In this document: one piece after another, positions 59,625 through 64,000 of the stretch
How positions within the stretch are numbered: position 1 is the stretch's first letter
Layout of the letters: the number at the start of each line of letters is the position of its first letter
From: a virus
Lineage: Duplodnaviria > Heunggongvirae > Uroviricota > Caudoviricetes
DNA: 64,000 nt
Reading direction: 5' to 3' (one strand)
Virus record (IMG/VR): IMGVR_UViG_3300011338_000526
Translations under genes and position numbers: made by a program
The notes under the pieces: model-generated
What the model was told of the DNA's origin: nothing
Database searches by the model: none
Seen by the model: only the letters and a program-made list of their open reading frames with translations

Positions 59625-61027
59625 TGATCGAGCAAGTAATATTCGGTAATCTAGTTTTTCGCGAGGACTATGGCAGGAAGGTCATTCCCTTCCTGAAGAA
59701 GGAGTACTTTCAAGACATCAACGATAGGACTCTGTTTGAGATTATTGAAACGTACGTTATGAAGTATAATCGCTTCCCGACCAAGGAAGCGATGGCGATT
59801 GATCTTGCTTCCGCTACGGGAATCAATGACGAACAGGTTAAGACTATTGCCGAGACTATCGAGAACTTAGACTACGACCCAAAGACTGAGTTGGATTGGA
59901 TCGTTGACAAAACTGAGAAGTTCGTTCAAGAGCGTTCTGTCTATAACGCGATCATGCAGTCGATTCAGATCCTGGACAACAAGGATAACAAGAACGGAAA
60001 GGGTAGTATCCCCCAGATCCTTTCTGATGCCCTTGCTATCAGCTTTGACACGAATATCGGTCACAACTTCCTTGAAGATTCGGATTCTCGTTATGAGTTC
60101 TATCATCGCAAGGAAGAAAAGATCGCGTTCAACCTTGACTATATGAACAGGATCACCAAGGGCGGATTGAACAAAAAGACTCTCAATGTCTTGATGGCTT
60201 CGACTGGCGGCGGCAAGAGTTTGTTCATGTGTCATTGCGCAGCTGGTAATATGCTTGACGGCAAGAACGTTCTGTATATCACTATGGAGATGGCTGAGGA
60301 GCGTATTGCCGAGCGTATCGACGCCAACTTGATGAACGTAACTATGGACGAGCTCTCCGAGATGGACAAGGAGACCTATGATCGTAAGCTCGCGCGAGTC
60401 AAGAACAAGACAACCGGTAAACTGATCATCAAGGAGTATCCTACAGCTTCGGCTGGTTCAGCCAACTTCCGTCACCTGATCAATGAGTTGAAGCTGAAGA
60501 AGAACTTCTCGCCCGAGATCATCTATATCGACTATCTCAACATCTGCGCTTCTTCTCGTATGAAGTATGGCAGCAACGTCAACACCTACATGTACGTGAA
60601 GGCGATTGCCGAAGAGCTTCGCGGTCTGGCTGTCGAGTTCAACGTTCCTATCGTTTCGGCGACTCAGACCAATCGCGAAGGCTTCAACAACTCCGACATT
60701 GATATGACCAACACGTCAGAGTCTATCGGTCTTCCGGCAACTTGCGACCTCATGCTTGGTCTAATCACATCCGAGGAACTTGAGGGTATGGGTCAGCTTA
60801 TGGTAAAGCAGCTGAAGAATCGTTACAATGATCCTGCAATGTATCGTAGGTTCGTTGTTGGTATTGACAGGGCAAAGATGAAGCTGTATGATGTCGAACA
60901 AGACGCCCAGGAAGATCTAGTAGATGATCGCCCTGTCATGGACAAGAGCGAGTTCGGCGATCGAGACAGTGACTTCTATAAGAAGAAATCTAAATTTGGA
61001 AAGAAAGACTTTGAAGGGTTTGCCTAA
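59621..61027 (+). CDS. gp41: Replicative DNA helicase
   Basis: ASTGGGKS, YITMEMAEE, IYIDYLNI, SATQTNR, KQLKNRY. Confidence 0.97.
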   Translation: MMIEQVIFGNLVFREDYGRKVIPFLKKEYFQDINDRTLFEIIETYVMKYNRFPTKEAMAIDLASATGINDEQVKTIAETIENLDYDPKTELDWIVDKTEKFVQERSVYNAIMQSIQILDNKDNKNGKGSIPQILSDALAISFDTNIGHNFLEDSDSRYEFYHRKEEKIAFNLDYMNRITKGGLNKKTLNVLMASTGGGKSLFMCHCAAGNMLDGKNVLYITMEMAEERIAERIDANLMNVTMDELSEMDKETYDRKLARVKNKTTGKLIIKEYPTASAGSANFRHLINELKLKKNFSPEIIYIDYLNICASSRMKYGSNVNTYMYVKAIAEELRGLAVEFNVPIVSATQTNREGFNNSDIDMTNTSESIGLPATCDLMLGLITSEELEGMGQLMVKQLKNRYNDPAMYRRFVVGIDRAKMKLYDVEQDAQEDLVDDRPVMDKSEFGDRDSDFYKKKSKFGKKDFEGFA

Positions 61028-61197
61028 TGAATTACGAGATCAAGAAGAACGGGAAAGTATGGAACATACATGAGACTAGGACGGAGCAGGTTGTAAAGAC
61101 CTGCTCGACAGTAACCGAAGCTCAAATAGCGAAGACTCATCTGAACTGCGGTGGCGGGTTTGACTCATGGACGCCATCGTTCATACTACAAAAATAA
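61027..61197 (+). CDS. Small hypothetical protein after gp41
   Basis: Manual ORF MNYEIKKNG...LNCGGGFDSWTPSF, 56 aa. Confidence 0.6.
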   Translation: MNYEIKKNGKVWNIHETRTEQVVKTCSTVTEAQIAKTHLNCGGGFDSWTPSFILQK

Positions 61198-61239
61198 TTT
61201 TGATATGGCTCTAGAAAGTTGCTTGTTTCAACTAAATAG

Positions 61240-61378
61240 TCTTACCAAGCAGCATTATGTGAATCTAGACACAATGTGGCAAGAGTATTACGGAAAGGAA
61301 TAGTCGGGGTAAAAGGTGGGGTTCCTCCCGACATTGCTGCTGATAAGGGGTTGGATCGAAAGGTCCAACCCCTTTTTT
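61240..61378 (+). ncRNA. Candidate late small RNA
   Basis: CTAAATA at 61232; AGCAGCA/TGCTGCT and GTCGGG/CCCGAC stems; ends at a terminator. Confidence 0.4.
61345..61378 (+). terminator. Rho-independent terminator
   Basis: GGGGTTGGATC-GAAA-GGTCCAACCCC followed by T6. Confidence 0.9.
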
Positions 61379-61380
61379 GT

Positions 61381-61388
61381 TATAAATA
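61381..61388 (+). promoter_or_regulatory. Late promoter TATAAATA
   Basis: Exact motif. Confidence 0.8.
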
Positions 61389-61412
61389 GACTAAAACTAG
61401 ACGGAGCGTCAA

Positions 61413-62036
61413 ATGAAATCCTTTATAGAGTTCTTGGAAGAAGGTTTGAGTAAGAAGCTTTTCGCCTTTGACATGGACGAGACGCTGCTTGCTCATGATC
61501 CTAAACATCTCAAAGTTCATATTAGAAATTCTGAAGGCAAGCTATTAAAGAGCTTGACCAATCAGGAGTTCAACAAGTATAAGTTGAAGCCAGGAGAGCA
61601 TTACGACTTCAAAGATTTTAGATCAGCGAAGGTGCTCGGTCGGTCAGCTCATCCTATTCGGCCAATGATCAACAAGATGAATCAACTGAAGAGACGTGGC
61701 TTCAAGACCGAGATTGTTACAGCTCGCGCGGACCTAGACGACAAACATATGGTGAAGAAGCACCTGAATAAGTTCGGTATTGATATCAAGACAACCCATA
61801 TGAGAAGAGCCGGTAATGTCGAAGGTACGTCAACAGGCGATAGGAAGCGTAGAGTGATCTCCGATCAGATCAAGAAGCACAAGTATAACGAAGTGCATCT
61901 GTATGACGACGATCTAGGCAATCACAAGCACTTTGCAAAGCTTAAACAGGATCATCCGGGTGTCAAGTTAGTCTCCCACATCGTCAGACACAATGAGCGC
62001 ACGGGCAGAACCAACACGGTTACAGTGAGGCACTGA
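61413..62036 (+). CDS. HAD-superfamily phosphatase with capsid-targeting-like N-terminus
   Basis: MKSFIEFLEE; FDMDETL (DxDxT), VTAR, K, YDDD. Confidence 0.7.
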   Translation: MKSFIEFLEEGLSKKLFAFDMDETLLAHDPKHLKVHIRNSEGKLLKSLTNQEFNKYKLKPGEHYDFKDFRSAKVLGRSAHPIRPMINKMNQLKRRGFKTEIVTARADLDDKHMVKKHLNKFGIDIKTTHMRRAGNVEGTSTGDRKRRVISDQIKKHKYNEVHLYDDDLGNHKHFAKLKQDHPGVKLVSHIVRHNERTGRTNTVTVRH

Positions 62037-62037
62037 T

Positions 62038-63303
62038 ATGGCTCAATTAAGGACCACGTCCAAAGGGCAATTGGTTAAATATTCCGCAGGCGTGGTGGCG
62101 GTCGTTACTAATTCTATGAAAGACAAAATTACATTAAAAGTCGGCGCCAAAAGTTTCGTCGTGGCGAACACAAAAGAAAATTCGAAAACGTTGGAACGAT
62201 ACGTTTCTTTAGCCGGTAATCCTTCGAGCGAAAAAGAGGCTATTTCTTTAGTATTGAAATCCGTTACAGGTGAAATTTTCCCTATAGGCAATTTAGAAAA
62301 ACCAAAAGATGCCGGTAACAAAGGCGACATAGCCGAAGGGATCATCGGCGCTGCTATAACGGCGCGTTTTATTAACAAAAATAGAGACATAACTAAAGAA
62401 GATGTGAAAAAAGTTATCAAATCTCTCGGGAGTACAGTTTCGAAAATCAAACAAGTGGTTTCGCCATCGCCGAATAAAAATCCTAAAATCATCGATGACG
62501 TCAAATTTTACCTATCGTTGGCGGATTCAAATATGAAGATGCTTTTGGATAGTAACAAATGGAGTAGTTTCGAATCTCTTTTCGATTCATCTGTTAAGTA
62601 CGCCAATGGTAAAACAGTGATAGCTTGGTCTAAACTTCTTTACGAGAACAATCAAAAAAATTCCATAGAGATTATTTCGGACGGATTGGGTAATCAATCG
62701 GGGACTAAGGTTGACGTTGCGGTTAAAGTGGACGGAAAATCAACCAACATCAATCTCTCTTTAAAGGCGGGAGACGTCAAACAGTTCGGTCAGGTAGGAG
62801 GTTCGGGTTTCGACAAACAAGTTTTATTATGGAAACAGACCTTCAACATTGACGTTTCAAGCCTAGAAAAGCAATACAACAAATTGTTAGAACAAAAACA
62901 AACTGAAAAGGCAATTCAACTAACGTACTCATACGCTTCGAACGAAATAAACAAATTGCTTTCTTCGCCGAAAACAAAGAAAAAGTTCTTGCAAAATTTA
63001 GCAAACGGAATAAATTTTCACGCCACACGCGGGGAAGAAAATGTCACGTTGGTTCAGCTCACCGCAAGCCAAGCTAAAATTTATCAATTTGACAATGTTT
63101 CTGAAGTGTTATCTAATTTGAATTTGAAATCGACGATAAAAGATTCCGCCGGTAAGCCGAAAATGGTTATAACGAATGAATCTAATAAGCCTCTATTGGA
63201 AATTAGAGTGAAAGCCGAATCCAAACCTGACGGTTCGATTTACATACGAAATTACATAGAAAAAGGCGAATTATTAGGAAATCTAATATCCACTTACGCG
63301 TGA
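62038..63303 (+). CDS. Hypothetical protein, possible PD-(D/E)xK nuclease
   Basis: GDIAEG helix; KVDV...SLK; A-rich codon use. Confidence 0.45.
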   Translation: MAQLRTTSKGQLVKYSAGVVAVVTNSMKDKITLKVGAKSFVVANTKENSKTLERYVSLAGNPSSEKEAISLVLKSVTGEIFPIGNLEKPKDAGNKGDIAEGIIGAAITARFINKNRDITKEDVKKVIKSLGSTVSKIKQVVSPSPNKNPKIIDDVKFYLSLADSNMKMLLDSNKWSSFESLFDSSVKYANGKTVIAWSKLLYENNQKNSIEIISDGLGNQSGTKVDVAVKVDGKSTNINLSLKAGDVKQFGQVGGSGFDKQVLLWKQTFNIDVSSLEKQYNKLLEQKQTEKAIQLTYSYASNEINKLLSSPKTKKKFLQNLANGINFHATRGEENVTLVQLTASQAKIYQFDNVSEVLSNLNLKSTIKDSAGKPKMVITNESNKPLLEIRVKAESKPDGSIYIRNYIEKGELLGNLISTYA

Positions 63304-63317
63304 TAGAAAGTAGAAAA

Positions 63318-64000
63318 ATGCAAACATTCTCGACATTCCTTGTTGAATCTCTCGACGTTGACAAGCTCAAGCACCTAGAGCATGCTGAGGATCACATCAT
63401 TCATGGGGGTGATGAGGGCGTTGCTCATGCGGCAAACAACCTTGATGATCTGCACAATCTACTAACCGGCAGCAAGTCTAAGTCGAAGGTGACAACCAAG
63501 TATGATGGTTCTCCCAGCGTTGTGTTCGGAGTCAATCCAGAGAACGGTAAGTTCTTCGTCGCCTCCAAGTCAGCATTCAATGTCAATCCCAAGCTCAACT
63601 ACACAGACAAAGACATTGAGCAGAATCATGGACACGCTCCCGGTCTTGTTGCTAAGCTAAAGTCCGCGCTAGCGCACCTACCAAAGACAATGCCAAAAGA
63701 AGGCGGCGTATATCAAGGAGACTTCCTATACGACAAACCTGATGTCGAAGAAGAAGGAGGCAAGCTGAAGTTTGCTCCCAACACTATCACATACTCTGCT
63801 GATAAGGATTCTGCGCAAGGCAGGAAGATTGCTGCTTCTCAGATGGGGTTTGTTGTCCACACGAAGTACAAGGGTAAGAAGCTAGCCGACATGAAGGCTG
63901 GGTTTGATGTTGATCACTCAAAGTTCAAACAGGACCCAGACGTCAACCTGGTCAACCCAGAAGTCAACGATACATCTAAGTCGCGCTATACGCCGAAGAT
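63318..64000 (+). CDS. Ligase-like nucleotidyltransferase-fold protein with capsid-targeting-like N-terminus (3'-truncated)
   Basis: MQTFSTFLVE; KHLEH.ED; TKYDGSP (KxDG), FFVASKS.FN..PK, VYQGDF. Confidence 0.55.
   Translation, partial: MQTFSTFLVESLDVDKLKHLEHAEDHIIHGGDEGVAHAANNLDDLHNLLTGSKSKSKVTTKYDGSPSVVFGVNPENGKFFVASKSAFNVNPKLNYTDKDIEQNHGHAPGLVAKLKSALAHLPKTMPKEGGVYQGDFLYDKPDVEEEGGKLKFAPNTITYSADKDSAQGRKIAASQMGFVVHTKYKGKKLADMKAGFDVDHSKFKQDPDVNLVNPEVNDTSKSRYTPK

Overview
Window from a large T4-like myophage. The host is most likely an alphaproteobacterium, based on a permuted two-piece tmRNA with an ANDN...LAA tag and a DUF1127 gene. From left to right it contains: (1) the tail/head morphogenesis module gp15-gp23 and gp3, with TATAAATA late promoters and GIY-YIG endonucleases (three here, a fourth at 34.4 kb); (2) uvsY-uvsW-gp55-gp47-gp46; (3) a candidate DNA base-hypermodification cluster (MazG, TET/JBP oxygenase, SAM-fold protein, two amino acid:DNA transferase-like proteins, P-loop kinase, DUF3310, GT-A glycosyltransferase); (4) gp45-gp44-gp62-regA; (5) a divergently transcribed early region centred on a non-coding inverted-repeat array, with many TTGACT-N17-TATAAT promoter cassettes and a DUF6745-like locus interleaved with four QVxx-repeat mini-proteins; (6) a 7-kb RNA island with 24 tRNA genes (several non-canonical), a two-piece tmRNA, further CCA-ending tRNA-like RNAs, a ~470-nt ornate RNA and several small structured spacers; (7) auxiliary genes (pstS, TAXI receptor, LpxH-like, SAM decarboxylase, Hsp20, DUF1127); (8) spanins and endolysin; (9) gp43-uvsX-gp41; and (10) late genes with capsid-targeting-like N-termini. 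All family calls come from motif recognition by eye; no database search was run.
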